Of a stretch of 64,000 bases of DNA, positions 50,701-64,000 are shown piece after piece. How positions within the stretch are numbered: position 1 is the first letter of the stretch; every line of letters begins with the position of its first letter. The stretch comes from Heteronotia binoei (Eukaryota), in contig NC_083236.1 in NCBI RefSeq assembly GCF_032191835.1, forward strand, positions 44,764,001 to 44,828,000, given 5' to 3'. The notes under the pieces were generated by a model. It did not search any database. It saw only the letters and a list, made by a program, of their open reading frames with translations, and was not told the DNA's origin. The position numbers were made by a program, and so were the translations under genes.

Positions 50701-53700
50701 TCTAAGAAACAAAACCGAAAGAGAATAACTTGCTAATCTGCCACCCCCACTCACGCTGTGCCATTCTGTGTCTCTGTGCACCTTTTCCAAACAGGCTGTT
50801 TCAGCTCTTCCCAATTGCATGGATCTCTGCAAGGCCCATTGTAGCTTTATGGGCTATCTTGCCTCTCAAAAGTCCACCAATGTGTTGTTGCCCAGTCCTA
50901 CAACAATGATCTTGCAGCTGGGTTTATTTAAAACCTTTCTATCTTCCCCTTCTGACAGTGCAGCCCACATATTCCTGTCCTCACTGATATTTGTCACAAT
51001 TAAAATATGCGCTTCCTTCCTGAGTGCAACATAAGGCGTTTATGGCTGGTTTCACAAATTTGCGCATGTTTTCTTTAAAGCTGGCTACCTCTTGATTTGA
51101 ACAGCAACTACTCAGTGAAGTAGGCTAAGGAGAATGAGTAACACAACATCACCCAGGAATCTGCAGGGCAACTGCAAATCTGAACCCAGGTCTCCCCACA
51201 CCTAGTCCAAAACCCTAATGGTTACACTATGGTGGTGATGTATGGCAGTACTAAATTTTCCCATGTCTGTGATGGTACCAGTTTGATAGCAAATGTGTGT
51301 TTCATTTTCATTCCGACAGGTTTTGGCTTTCATGGCATTTGTCAGCTTTGCAGCCGTAAGAGGTCATGAAGCATTCGTAACGCTTGGAATCATGGAATTT
51401 GTCATTACTACGTTATTCTTTTTGCTGTACCTGCTGGGACTGCAAAAGAAAATGCATTGTTTCTTTTGGCCATTAGCTGTAAGTGTTAATTTAGCACCAG
51501 TTGCTAATCTTTATACACATTTTGTCACCAGGGCAGATGAAAATAGATATAAAGTTGTTTTGTGCATCATGATTAAAATAGTTTAAGGATGCATCTAAAA
51601 ATGTAAAAAGGGAATGGTTCGAGTGGGCGTTTGCCAACTCAAAGTATTTCAGAGAATATCAGTTTAAACTGATTTCTATTTTAAAAATACAACCAACTAC
51701 TTAGTATTGTAGACTGACTGAGCACATGTAAGATCACAATCTAAGCTTGAACTATATGCGAAGTGCACAACTCTTGTGACACTCAAGAGTAATCATTTGC
51801 TGTCTGTTCCTGACTGATGATACAATACATTTGCAAATGTTACAGGATTGATTCTAATAAATACATGTATTGGTCAGATTAAACTACATGGTGTATGCAT
51901 CTTTATAAGGCGTACTGAATTTGGATCCAAGCAGGGGTGGTTTTGTAGAAAAAGCGGTGCCAGAACTCATTAGCACAACTCATTTGCATAACTCATTTGT
52001 ATATACCACACACCCCTGACATCACCAGAAGGTGTACTACATTATATCAGCCCAGCATCTACCTTGAAATGCTTCTTGAATTATAATTGTCATAATAAAA
52101 CCTTCCTCCCATCGTACTTTTTAAATTACTTTCTCCTATGTGGCCACAGTGGGCATGATGAAGATTTTCATCTGTCTGTTTTATGTTTTGGTTATTTTCC
52201 CATTTTTGTGGGGAAAATAGTAGAATGTTTGTCAAATCTTTGAGTTCAGCAAAATTCTCACAAGGGGTTTGAACAAGCAAGGTTTTTTGGGGGGTGGGGG
52301 ATAAGAAAGCAGCATAAAATTTAGAGGCTCTGCAGCTCTGTTTGTGAGTGCCTGCCCAAAATGAGGCCTGGATCCAAGTATAGATATCTTTAGTACCTTG
52401 GCAGTTGTGGAGTGTGATACTAAAGTGCACTATTTGCTGCATTTTCCAGGATGTTTTCAACAGTCTTGTGGCAGCATTGTTCCTCATCATTGTGGGTCTG
52501 TGTGCCACATTAATCAAGACCAACACTGGAACTTTAGTTGGAGGAGTAAGTACAAGTCTTCAGTGGAAGTAACACATATAAATGAATCCTTTGGTGGGGA
52601 GGGGGGTGTCTCTGGAGGGTGGGGACAGACCATGCAGAGTGGGATTTCACCCTACCTGCAGCTTGGTTCCAACTGCTCTGCTTAGTTCTTCCCCAATGTG
52701 AAGGGGAACCATACACATTTATAATGCAAACCTAAAATGAATTACACCCTCCTATATCCATTGAAGGCAATGGATTTAAAAGGAAGTGACAATTTAGGAT
52801 TGCAGTGTTAGGAACTGAAAGATAAGCCTGTTTCTTGTCCCTGTTGATATCAGCGTCCAGGACAAAGCATATGTGAAGACCCCTTTAAACTGTGACCCAC
52901 ATCATCCATCATCTCATAAAGAGGCTGGATTTCGTTCCCAATTTACGATTATTATTATTACTTTATTTACATCATTTATTCCCACCTTGCTACCTAGTGA
53001 GGATCCAAAGCAGCTCACAGCGTTCTCATCTCGATGTTATTCTCACAACTTGTGAGGTAGGTTAGGCTAAGAGTATGTGACTGTCCCAAGGTCACTCTGA
53101 GCTTCCATGATATAGCGGGGATTTGAACCTGGATCTCCCAGATTCTAATCCCAACATTCTGGCTGGCACCTCAGACTAGCAGAGTTAGTTTTTGTATCAT
53201 CGTTACTTCCAAGCAAGGATGACATACAGCTTCAAAGGAATCTGAGAATCGCCCTCTAACACCTCACACTTATAAAGCACATTGCCTGGGATCCAAACCC
53301 CTCCTTCCACAAATGTTAAGCACTTCCACAGATTAATTGGAGGAGGGTGATGCTTTCTTCTGGTTGCACATTCATGGGTTGGAAGTCCACCTAGCCTTGT
53401 AGGCAGCACAATGGGAGGGGGTGCTAGAAGGGGGAAGTGTGCATAAGCATTATGTTGCACATGGTGGATTGGACCCCAGCTATTAGGTGGACATAAGTAA
53501 CAGAGAAACCCATGGAATATTGCAAAAGTAAACTCTATCCTATGTGTAATTAATTCTGAGTTATTGCAGCTAGTAGTCAGGGTCATGATTTACTAGTTCA
53601 AAGTATGTTTTTAATTTGTTTATATATTTGAGCATCTTTAGGCCACTGTTCTCTCTAGAGGGACCCCAAGAGGTTTACAAAAAGAGAACAGTTCCAAAAC

Positions 53701-54655
53701 AACAAAAACTAAAATACATAAATCTAGGTGGTATTGGTCTAGACGGCTGATATTCACAGGTCCCAGTCTGAAAGCTCCAGGCCATGAGCTCTTTGGAAAG
53801 AGAAAAAATGTTATTTATTTCCAGCATGAAGGCCCCAGTATGGCTAGTGAACAGAGTGGGGGAGTAGGATCCTGGGGGAGCTGGGTTCGAATGGAAGCTT
53901 GCTGGGTGACCCTGAGCCTGTCACAAACTTGCATTGCGGCCTACCTTACAGGGTTGTTGTGAGAAAATGGAGCAGGGGAGAATAATGTTCTAACTTGCAT
54001 TGAGTCCCAACTGTGATAAAAATACATGCATGTACTTCCAGGGCAGTAAACCTGAAAGTGCTCTTGGGTTGTGTCTAAGAAGCAAAGAAAGTCACTGTGA
54101 AGACCATCGAGATGTCTTTCTGTCTATCATATTCTTACTCCATCCTTCCAACAAGCTTGGAAACCCAACCCCATGATTAGGTTGAGAGAGAGTGCCTAAT
54201 CCAAGGTCACCCAGTAAGTTTCATTGTAGAGTAGAGATTTGAACCCAGGATCTCCAGATCCTAGCTGAACACTTCAGCCACTACATCACGCTTGCCTTTG
54301 GAGACTGCAGATAGTCTGTGACTGAGACAAGGCCCGAGTTTAAATGAACACTAGGAGAAACAATGGAAAATGACTTCTAGAAGGTGATACGGAAACAATT
54401 TATTTTCTCATTTATCACAAATAAAATATTTAAGCAGAAGATTTACAAACTAGAACCAATTCACAGAGCTATGGGAGTTGCTTAAAAAAAACAACCCAGC
54501 CAGAATTTCAGGGTAAGGTGGACTCTGAAACACTTTCTTTTCATTTGCAGGTGTTTTGTCTGCTGTCCTTTGTGCTTTGTATAGCAGATGCTGTAATCCT
54601 CTTCAAAATGATTACCTTTAACAAGGAGACAAGAAGGAATGCTCCTCAGAAGTAG
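47542..54655 (+). CDS. CKLF: Chemokine-like factor (MARVEL/CMTM family); join(47542..47610,51320..51478,52450..52545,54551..54655), 142 aa
   Basis: Strong Kozak gcccaccATGG; four phase-0 GT-AG exons (69/159/96/105 nt); four hydrophobic segments; FFWPLA|DVFNSLV resembles CKLF LFWPLLDIINSLV; head-to-head with TK2 as in mammals. Confidence 0.88.
48811..49100 (+). mobile_element. Sauria-type SINE in CKLF intron 1
   Basis: Same consensus. Confidence 0.85.
51320..51478 (+). CDS. CKLF: CKLF exon 2
   Basis: cag/gtaagt; VLAFMAF...HCFFWPLA. Confidence 0.92.
52450..52545 (+). CDS. CKLF: CKLF exon 3
   Basis: cag/gtaagt; DVFNSLVAALFLIIVG...TLVGG. Confidence 0.92.
54551..54655 (+). CDS. CKLF: CKLF exon 4
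   Basis: cag acceptor; VFCLLSFVLCIADAVILFK...PQK*. Confidence 0.92.
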   Translation: MFCLLSFVLCIADAVILFKMITFNKETRRNAPQK

Positions 54656-55126
54656 AATGTCCAGCTAACAACTTGGAAAGTCTATTGAGCAATATTCTTT
54701 CTGTGCTGCAATTTTCTATGTATTTTTCTTTTTTAAAAAAATTAAACATCAGGGCAAGATCTAGCCTGTCAGATACTTTCATGTCCCACTATTTTCAACA
54801 GGAGGAATCTAAGTATGTGCTTCCACTAAAACCAATGAGTGCTAAAGACCCTTTGGTTTGGCTGGAACATGCCCACACATTTTAATTTTTCTAGGATTTT
54901 TTCTTGTGCACTTTTTTGGATTAGTTCACTTTATTGACCAGTATGGTCAGTCTTTAAATTTTTTTAAAAATGGTCCTGTATTTTATAAAATACTTGTTAT
55001 GTACGGATATCTGTACAGTTATCATATAATACCTGTAAATGTTTGTCAGCCGCAAAATAGCAATTTAGCCAATGTTAAATTTCAAATGATTGTAAGTTTC
55101 TGTGCTGGTTTATGTTAAAGGTTTTC

Positions 55127-55132
55127 ATTAAA
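55127..55132 (+). terminator. Candidate CKLF polyadenylation signal ATTAAA
   Basis: About 470 nt after the stop, at the end of an AU-rich UTR-like tract, with a GT-rich stretch downstream. Confidence 0.4.
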
Positions 55133-55670
55133 AAGCCTTCACCTAGAAAAAAACACCGAGTTATATATGTGTGTGTGCGCATACGCAGCCTACTTTCCTA
55201 AATCTGGAGAACTGCAAAGGGATCCCCAAAGAGTTTCCAGCACCACCCTATAAGAAACCATCTTGACCACCCTTCTGTGTCCACTGATTTCAGTTGCATA
55301 CTGTTCATTTCCTCTGCAGACTGATGCTTTTATGACACTTGTTTTAAACAGCTGTGTACAAGCAAGCTGACTTTTCAGACAGGTAGCCATATTTATCATC
55401 TAGCATCAGATTCCCAGAAATAGTGGGAGCCTATGCAATAGACACACACATATTGCTGCTTCTGAGTGGATTAGATCCTAGTAGCTTTTGCACTCAACCT
55501 TGCCCTGTTCTTCTCTTTACTGCATCCTGCATAGCTTTAATGCAAGCCAGTGTGCTCTGAGCCCTGGCACAGCCTTCCCAATGATCTTAAAGCTATGTTT
55601 CCTAACCGGTGTGTCTGGACCCAAAAGTGGGTTTCAAAACTTCTGAAAGTGATTGTGGGCAAGCCCTCCT

Positions 55671-55938
55671 GAGAGCCAGTTTGGTGTAGTGGTTAAGTGC
55701 ATGGACTCTAATCTGGGAGAACTGGGTTTGGTTCCTCACTCCTCCACTTGCAGCTGCTGGAATGGCCTTGGGCCAGCCACAGTTCTCTCAGAGCTATTCT
55801 CTCAAGAACAGCTCTCTTAGGGCTCTCTCAGCCCCACCTACCTCACAGAGTGTCTGCTGTGGGGAGAGAAAGGGAAGGACATTGTAAGCCACTCTTGAGT
55901 AGACGGACCGGGTATAAATCCAGTCTCTTCCTCCTCCT
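55671..55938 (+). mobile_element. Squam3-like SINE
   Basis: Same consensus. Confidence 0.75.
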
Positions 55939-56242
55939 AATAGCCATCTCTGCCTTTTCCATTGCTCTCTTTTGTTTTGGAATCCAATAGCTGATTTTTT
56001 CCCCTTCACTGCATATACAAGTTGGTCAAGTGAAATATGTCATGATGATTACTAGAGTGAGTATTTTAAGAGTCATAGGGTAGATTAGAGAGAGTAATAG
56101 AAAAGGAGAGGGTGGTCAAAGACTGGAATGTAACTTCCATATGCAAAGACCCGCCTGAGCCCGCCTTGGCGGGGAGGGTGGGGTATAAATTGAATTAAAC
56201 ATAAAGACTGTGTATGTTGGAATGCCACTTGCCTTGGGGTTC

Positions 56243-56433
56243 ACAGCCACCTTCAAGAGAGGTTTAGATAAAAATATGGAGCAGAGGTCCATCAGTGGCT
56301 ATTAGCCACAGTGTGTGTGTGTGTATATATATATGTATATATATATAAATTTTTTGCCACTGTATGACACACAGTGTTGGACTGGATGGGCCATTGGCCT
56401 GATCTAACATGGCTTCTCTTATGTTCTTATGTT
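56243..56433 (+). mobile_element. CR1 3'-end fragment
   Basis: Matches the last ~190 nt of the two long CR1 copies, including the tail. Confidence 0.9.
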
Positions 56434-56820
56434 CACAGTGAGGCAGCTGTGCTTGTTGCATGATAGTTGTTGGTTTCTCCAAAACATCTGGGCAGCTGCT
56501 GTAGAAAATGCAATCCTGAACTAGATGGGTTCTAAGGTCATAGTTTGTCTAGGGTGTTCAAAAAAACCCCAAAATCAACAACCCTTGAGCCAGTTCTGGA
56601 TGGGTCACCATACCAAGTAAATTTGGACATATGGTTTACCATAGCATAAAGGCTGGGGAACCAGTGACATAAAAAAGGCACCCCTTGTCTTTTTCCAAGC
56701 GGAAAAACTGGCCAGGTCAAACCCGGAACCTCCAACTGCTTTGCTTTTTCTTCATACAAACTTGCAAACTGCAGATTACTAATCTCAGCCTATTTTGTAG
56801 ACTAATTCTAGACGGGAAAA

Positions 56821-56938
56821 GAGCCCCGTGGTGCAGAGTGGTAAAGCTGCAGTACTGCAGTCGGAGCCCTCTCCTCATAACCTGAGTTCAATTCCAGCGG
56901 AAGCTGGTTCAGGTAGCCAGCTCGAGGTTGACTCAGCC
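56821..56938 (+). mobile_element. Sauria-type SINE 5' fragment
   Basis: Intact head, truncated after gttgactcagcc. Confidence 0.8.
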
Positions 56939-57249
56939 ATGGAAACAGAAAATACTGCTATTTTCCCTGTGATTAAGGAGGACTATCTCTAACTGTTTAG
57001 GATTGCCTTGTGAATCACCTCTGCAATTTAAGGCTATATGCAGCTTGCTTCTGTGTGCAGTCTCTTAAAAGGTGAATGTTTGAATGCGGACAAGGAAGGA
57101 GCAGCAGTTTATCCATCACAGCCATATGGCACTTCCATGTACTGAAGCAGTATACCTTTTGGTTACAGAGTGGGCACCAGTTTCATGCCCAGCTTGGTAA
57201 AAGTATCTCTTTGGAGTGACGCTGGTTTAAAGGGGATGCTAAATTGATC

Positions 57250-58500
57250 GGCCACGATAGGGCTCTCATTAAGGGGAGCAAAAATCTGCTTCGTAATCTA
57301 ACAAAATGCAAGTCGCGGCTGCACCTGCGCTACGTGGATGGTTGTGTTGGGGAAGGAGGAGAAGGTGGCGGCGGGTCTTAAAACTTTGCTCCCTTTTGGC
57401 AGCGCGCACAACGTGGCCAAGCAGTCCTGCGCCGGAGCGCTTGGGGAGGAGCAAACAAACAAACAACCCGCCCCAGTTGCCCACTCGGGACTTCGTTCTA
57501 ACCATCCCCAGATTTGCAGATGCAAAACTGGCTCGTCTCTCTGTCTCTCCCCTCCCCGCTTCCGCAGTCTCAGGATTTCCGTTTCCCTCCTGTTGAAAAA
57601 GCCGTCGGGCTTTTCTTGCAAGCTCAGCAGCGCGCTCCCGGATCCCGAGCGCCGCGCAAAGGCAGGAGGGCGATCCTCGCCAGCCGCCCCGCTTCCAAGC
57701 CATGGACCGATCCGAAGCGGAAGATCCAGAGCGACCAGCAGCGTCGCAGTCCGGGATTCGCCTGCTCCTGCCCTCCAGGGAGTTCTTGCTGTCTCGCAAG
57801 GGGCTGCTGCTGCTAGCCGAGGCGGTAAGGGGGGCGGCGGCGGCGGCGTTGCTGGGCAGGCAAATGATCCGGGGGGCGGGGAGGGGGAGATGTGCTGAAC
57901 ATGAGCTCATCCCGCTCGGCCGGCCGTTTGCAAAAAGCCTCCACCGACCAGGATATCTAGCTATCCCTTCCCGCCGCTGGCTTGAAATCTGCCGGGCAGG
58001 AGAGGGGGAAGATCTGGGGCCCCCGCGGTGCAAACGTGACCGCCTGGAGTTTGCAAGATTGCCAGAGCGGCCGTGCCTTGCAGTTTAGCTTGTCTTGCAA
58101 CCGCCCGCAAAGAATGAAGCAACTCGGGGAGGCGAAGCCAGAATCCCGCCGCCACGCCCACAGCTGGGAAGGGGGGAAAAAAGAATTGAAGGCGAGGAGG
58201 GGGAAATCTCTCTGTGCTGGCACCTCCGCCAAGGAGAGTTTTCCGAATGCCGGAGAGCAACACCTCTTAGAAGAGCAACTGGGGGCTCTCCAACTTTCAG
58301 ATCACGGTGGTTTTGCGGGGGGGGGGGGATGGGCAAGAGGGGTTTGAGGCGGGGCCGTCTTTTGAATCAGATGGGGGGTGCACCTATCCTGTTAAAAAAT
58401 GTCTGCCCCCAAAGTGTCGCAAGATCACACTTGGCTACCAAAGGTCGTCTAAGGCTAGCGGCTCCTGGTGCTTCAAGAGATAAGCTGCTCCCAGCCCTCC
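57250..58500. promoter_or_regulatory. CpG island at the CMTM3 5' end
   Basis: GC/CpG-rich, with (GGC)n and G-tracts. Confidence 0.75.
57702..57824 (+). CDS. CMTM3: CMTM3 first coding exon (MDRSEAED...LLPSREFLLSRKGLLLLAEA); the rest of the gene was not found in the window
   Basis: Resembles human LLPARAFLCSLKGRLLLAES; Kozak gccATGG; donor gtaagg at 57825; syntenic position. Confidence 0.88.
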
Positions 58501-58850
58501 CACTGAAAACAAAGACTTATTTGATTTGCTCTCACAATGGGATGCTTTAGTCCAGAAACTGGCGCAAGTGCTCTGCCTTTCTCGCAACAGTGAGTCACTC
58601 ACCACAGTGACCAAGGGCTGTCCCCAGACTTAGCAGAAATGGAGCTCAATCAGTGTGGTATTCAGCCAGAGAGTTGGAACCCTTGGATGCGTGGTAGATC
58701 TTTTTGGAGTAGCTATTTTTAATTGTTGTTGCCTTTTGGAAGTACCCACTGCTAGTATGCATGCGCAGAGAGCCAAATCCCCACACACATGCCTTTCTTG
58801 CATGCCGAGAGGAACATCAGAATGGCAAGAAGAGATCACTGAGGTAGAGG

Positions 58851-59486
58851 GAATTCTTCCATGTATGGGCACTTGGGTTTGTGCCTCACTGTGGTGGAAT
58901 GTACTTCCTGTCCTCAGCTCCAGATCTTACCCATCTTCTGATTTCTTGTCATGGGCTTGCAGCTCAGTGGATTCTCTGGTCTTGAAAAAATGATCCACAT
59001 GGATCCAGATGATTGGCTTCATCCAATAATGTCTTGGGGTGGGATGGTGGCTCAGAAGTAGAACATCTGCTTGGTAAATAGACAGTCCCAGGTTCAGTCC
59101 CAGGCATCTCCACTAAAAAAGGGTCCAGGCAAATAGGCATGAAAAACCTCAGCTTGAGACCCTAGAGAGAATTCTTCCATGTATGGGCACTTGGGTTTGT
59201 GCCTCACTGTGGTGGAATGTACTTCCTGTCCTCAGCTCCAGATCTTACCCATCTTCTGATTTCTTGTCATGGGCTTGCAGTTCAGTGGATTCTCTGGTCT
59301 TGAAAAAATGATCCACATGGATCCAGATGATTGGCTTCATCCAATAATGTCTTGGGGTGGGATGGTGGCTCAGTAGTAGAACATCTGCTTGGTAAATAGA
59401 CGGTCCCAGGTTCAATCCCAGGCATCTCCACTAAAAAAGGGTCCAGGCAAATAGGCATGAAAAACCTCAGCTTGAGACCCTAGAGA
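58851..59486 (+). repeat. Tandem duplication, 2 x 318 bp
   Basis: Copies 58851-59168 and 59169-59486; 4 mismatches by manual comparison. Confidence 0.95.
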
Positions 59487-59571
59487 GCCGCTGCCAGTCT
59501 GAGTAGACAATACTGACTTTGATGGACCCAGGGTCTGATTCAGTATAAGGCAGCTTCATATGTTCATATGT
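59354..59571 (+). mobile_element. tRNA-derived SINE with CR1-like tail (5' part also duplicated at 59036-59168)
   Basis: Same family as 24156-24366. Confidence 0.7.
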
Positions 59572-62500
59572 CTGACCACTGCCTTAGTCACCTTACCCAA
59601 AAGAGTAAACTTGCTGCTGAGCTGTTACCCCAAATTGACTGGATTCAAAGATGGTTTTTCTAAAAGGGGTCTGATGCTTGTTTCTTTAAAACATTTAAAA
59701 TGTCTCTCCACTCCCCGGGCCAGGACAAGAATCAAGAGGTGCACTTCAGAGAGACTTGAGCACAGAGGAAGACAGAGATCAGTTCAGTGTGGTGGAGAGA
59801 GAGCAGTGAAGGCTGCATTATCTCCTTCCTGAGAAAATGTGTCAATAAGAAACTGGTAGGTTTACTGAGATCTAGGAGACTCTTGCTTTCGCTGAGAAGT
59901 CGACCTGCAAGAGCCATCGCTGTTTGACTCACTGAAAGGCCCATAAGTGATATTGCAGTCAAGAAAGATTTAAAAAAAAAATTCAGCCCAGTAGTGTTTT
60001 AAGTATTATGGGTCACCTTTAGAAGAATTCAGCCTGTGTTGATTTCAGATTACATGTTCTCTGTCTGCCAACAGTGGATAACTATTCCAAAGGCATCATA
60101 ACCAAGAATGTCTAGACTGGCCTCAAGAAATTTGAAATATAAGAAAAGCCCACCTTAGTTTGATGCAAGTCTAAGTTACACACAATTCCTCACCAGTGTG
60201 CACGAGCTTGCATCACTGTTAAGAGATGAATGAAAGGAAGACTGTAAACTGTCTTGCGTGCTAACACAGTGCTGTTGAAAAGAAAGATTTTTATTCAAGG
60301 CCAGAATTTGTATTTTGTCATCCCAGCAGTCCAGTTGCGATGCAACACTGCTTTATTTTAACGATGGCCAGCTTGTGAAACCAGGATTCAACTCAGAGCC
60401 AGTCAAACTCAGTGCTGCTGTGTTCCTCACAGCTGATATCCCAAGCTAGATATATTCATATTTATATATCATGTGAAAACAAGTTAAGGGCTGGATGGGT
60501 TAAACCAACTTCAAGCGATCCTGATTCAGATGACCATGCTAACTTTAGTTTATTAAATCCATGAGCCCATAAGGCTGCCTTTGACTGAATCAGACCCTTG
60601 ATCTGTCAGGTTGTCTACTCTGATTGGCGGCGGCAGCAGCTCTCCGGGTTCACAGGTAAGGGCCTTTCTCTCCTGACTGCCTTCTCTTCTTAACTGGAGA
60701 TGCAATGGATTGAACCTGGGACCTTTGAAGCCACAGTGCCTCCCAGTTTTGTGTGATCTCTGAATGAAGCCAGAAGGATAATTCTACAGCTACAGAAGAG
60801 CACTTCAGTGTGGTGAATTTAAGAGACCAGTGAACCTTTGCAGCCCACTCTTTCCTATGCTGGTCATTTCTTTCAACCTGATTATTCCAACTCTCCTTTC
60901 ACTTTCCCTTTTGTTTGTTCTCTTGTTTTCTTTCCAAAGCATGACTGAAGATAACTCTAGAAATTCCCTTTTTTTCTCCTGATCTCAGCAAGATCTTTTG
61001 TTTTTTTCCTATTTTGTTGTTGTTAGTTAGTTAGTTATTTCAATTTATAGCCTTTCCTTTCCCAAATGGGCTCCAAGCAGGTAACAACAGTCAGTAATAC
61101 AAGGTTAAAATCAGATATATATAATTAAACAATATACAATCTGAAAGCAATATAACAGTCTAAAAACAAACTCCAATTCTGCAGTTGGTGGTATCAGTTG
61201 CCTCCACTCCTAATAATAATAATTGAATTAATTGCCCCATCCCAGCAAGCGCCAGGCTCTGGAGCTACCCTTGAAGATAACCCAGAAACTTCATTACATC
61301 CAAACCTGCAAGCTCTGTGGTTTTTTTGCAGGGCAAAGATGTAATAGCAAATTAGGGCTTGCCATGAACCTAGAAGTAGCCAGTTGTCTCACTGTGAGAC
61401 CTGTCTGTATTCAAGATATGTTAATGTCCAAGGTAAAGCATGGTTTGCAGTTACCCCCTGAAGCAAGCATAGCTATTAACCGTTACTGGAAGCAATACTC
61501 CAGGGCTACAAGCAGAAACAGAAGTTTTTTCTCAGCATTCACAGCCTGAGATCCTTTAATGAAAGATGCCAGGAATCTACCTAGATAGCGCTTCCAAAAA
61601 AATCTATATAGCTGACATGACTTGTCCAAACATCCTAAATCCCAAACTTCTGTTTGAAGTTACAGGAAAAGGGGGGAGGGAGTTGGGGGGGATTTCTACC
61701 TGCAGGAAACTTGACTTTGCTTCTACCTTGCTCTATCTGTGTCTCTCTCTGTCTCTCTCTTTCAGTGTCCTTTCTGTGTCAGAAGCTTCCACCTTGGGGA
61801 AAATAATGCATGATGTCAGATCGCTTTCTGTGACCCAATGAAGGCAGACCAGTCTCTGGGAAAGGAGAGCTCCACCTTTGAGTCAGATGTGGTGGGGAGG
61901 TAAACATAGAATTAAGGTGGCCAACTTCGAGCAGTCAATAAAGCTTGAACCCAGTTTTAACTGAGGAGAGCAATTATAACTGATGCAGCTGTGTGTGCTT
62001 GGTTTTTTATTTTAAGTCTTGGTGAATCACTGTATAGGAAACAAAAAAGTGTAATAGTGAGTTAGAGGTAAATAAGTTATCTGCCCATTCTTACAGTAAT
62101 CTTTTAAAAAGGGAACTGCTTTTTTTTTTTGCCTTTTAACACACACTATTTAAAGACAGATGATACTCCACATGGCTGGCACCCCCCCTTAAAAGCACTG
62201 AGCAGAAATATTTATTGTATGTAGCCAAAAGCCATCACAATGAAAAATTAAGAACCATAATAATGAAAAGGTCAAACAAAACCAAAAGTATAATCAAAAA
62301 ATGTTATAAGATAAAATACAGACCAAGTAATATTGAATTACAGAAATACAATTACCATTAGACTCAACCATACAGACCTAATTATTTACAAACAGAAGTC
62401 ATTTTGTAGAAAAATAGATGGTGGAGCTCATCCAGGGATTGTTATGCAGCTGCACATACTATTCAATGGACAAGGAGGTGGAACTCTCAGAAGGAGGAGG

Positions 62501-64000
62501 TGGAACTTTCAGAAAGGTTCAGGAGCTGCGCTCCTGTGAGCTCCCACTGAATCTGATACCTGCTTACAAATATTGATATACAATGAAGTTATAAACACCA
62601 AAAATTAAACCAGTTAGTCATAAGATTTATTTACTGAGACAGCAGTCATGACCTTAATTTTTCTTTTTGCAGCCAGGGTTTTTTAAAGCAATAATGATTA
62701 CAAACATACAGGAACCGGAAATTGTTACAAGACTGGCAAGTTTACACTAATTTATTTATTTACTTGACTTATGTCCCGCCCTCCCCGCCGAAGCTCAGGG
62801 CGGCTTACATTCACAGAGTCATAAAAACCAGTATTGATAACCACTTCTCACGTACAGCTTCTAGCTTATAAATTAGCATCTGCTATGAGAACCAGTGTGG
62901 TGTAGTGGTTAAGGTTTCAGACAAGGATCTGCAAGACCCAGGTTCTAATCTCCACTGTGCCATGGAAGCTTGCTGGGTGACCTTGGGCCAGTCACGCACG
63001 TTCAGCCTAACCTACCTCACATGGTTGTTGTGAGGGTAAAATGGAAAGAGGAGAATGACATAAGCCACTTTGGGTTTCCCAAAGGTGGGCTATAAATGCA
63101 GAAAATAAAATGAAACGGGCCGTGGCAGGTGCTGGAAGTCCCATCCTACTGTGGTCAGTCAGAATCTTCTCTGGATAACCTTCTCTGATCTGTAACCCTG
63201 ACAATTCCACCTTCCCCCCAGAACATCAGTGTGGGCAGGCAGACTGAGCAGTGACTTCCCTGTTTTTTCTGAATTAGCTTTTAAAACACTGACAACTGCA
63301 GAGGCGGCCCTGCTGCTGTTAGCAAAACCTAGCAGGAAGGAAGTTGAAAAGTGAAGTGCCCTCTTCTTCACCCCAAGCAGCAAGGAGAGAAACAGAGATC
63401 CACCGTCATTGCTGAATCCATAGCAATGGCCCTTATTGGCACTTCTGGTTTATATAGGGTTGCCAATCCCCAGGTGGGGGCAGGGGATCCCCCGGTTTGG
63501 AGACCCTCCCCCCACTTCAGGGTCATCAGAAAGCAGGGGGAGGGGAGGGAAATGTCTGCTGGGAACTCTATTATTCCTGTATAAACAATTTTATTAGTAA
63601 CATATGGTAGTAGAACTATTTCTACAGCTTATAAAAAAAAACCTTAAGATGAAAGCATCATTCTACCCCACATCTTACTTTCCTCCCACCCCACCCCCCA
63701 ATAATTGACCCCCGCCAGTGTTATTTTTTAGAAAACAGATATTAAAGGTACCTTTAACTATCAAGAAAAAACAAAAATTGATTAAGAAAGAGGGAAAAAA
63801 AACCCTTCAAAAGTTATATTCTTGTCTTAAAGGTCTTAATCTTCAAAAATTGTCCAGTGTCCTTTTATTTTCCACTCTTTTTCTACATATCTTCTGAATT
63901 TCTTCCACTCCCGATTAAAGAGTTCTAAATCGCAGTCTCTTAATTTTCTTGTTAGCTTATCCATTTCACTCCATGACATAACTTTTAAAGTCCAGTCCCA

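Noticed and set aside
57269-58550. Several long overlapping ORFs in the CMTM3 CpG island (likewise at 47141-47675 and 43610-44017)
   Set aside because: Expected from stop-poor GC-rich DNA; only the exon segments show protein similarity.
57825-64000. CMTM3 exon 2
   Set aside because: No segment encoding the expected LSFIxFICY-like peptide was found; it presumably lies beyond the window.

Overview
Vertebrate genomic DNA, most likely a squamate reptile and probably a gecko (inferred from Sauria-type SINEs, 5S-derived SINEs, young CR1 and L2 LINEs, Penelope-like fragments and hAT MITEs). Four spliced genes were reconstructed by hand from splice signals and protein similarity: (1) a two-exon SPATA2-family PUB-domain gene (+, 8867-13657, 602 aa); (2) complete mitochondrial thymidine kinase TK2 (-, 10 exons, 43730-26202, 285 aa); (3) complete CKLF (+, 4 exons, 47542-54655, 142 aa); (4) the first coding exon of CMTM3 (+, 57702-57824). 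This is the TK2-CKLF-CMTM3 synteny block, with no CMTM1/CMTM2 seen. Best novelty candidate: the SPATA2-family gene lies next to TK2, unlike mammalian SPATA2 or SPATA2L as I recall their loci. It keeps the PUB core and a DLY PIM-like motif but has no C-terminal Cys-rich finger, so it may be an uncharacterised third CYLD/LUBAC adaptor (inference). The remaining sequence is a dense, often nested transposon landscape with readable TSDs, junction duplications, tandem and inverted repeats and degenerate hammerhead ribozymes. Gene names and family assignments come from recalled protein and repeat sequences; no database search was run. Repeat boundaries are approximate.
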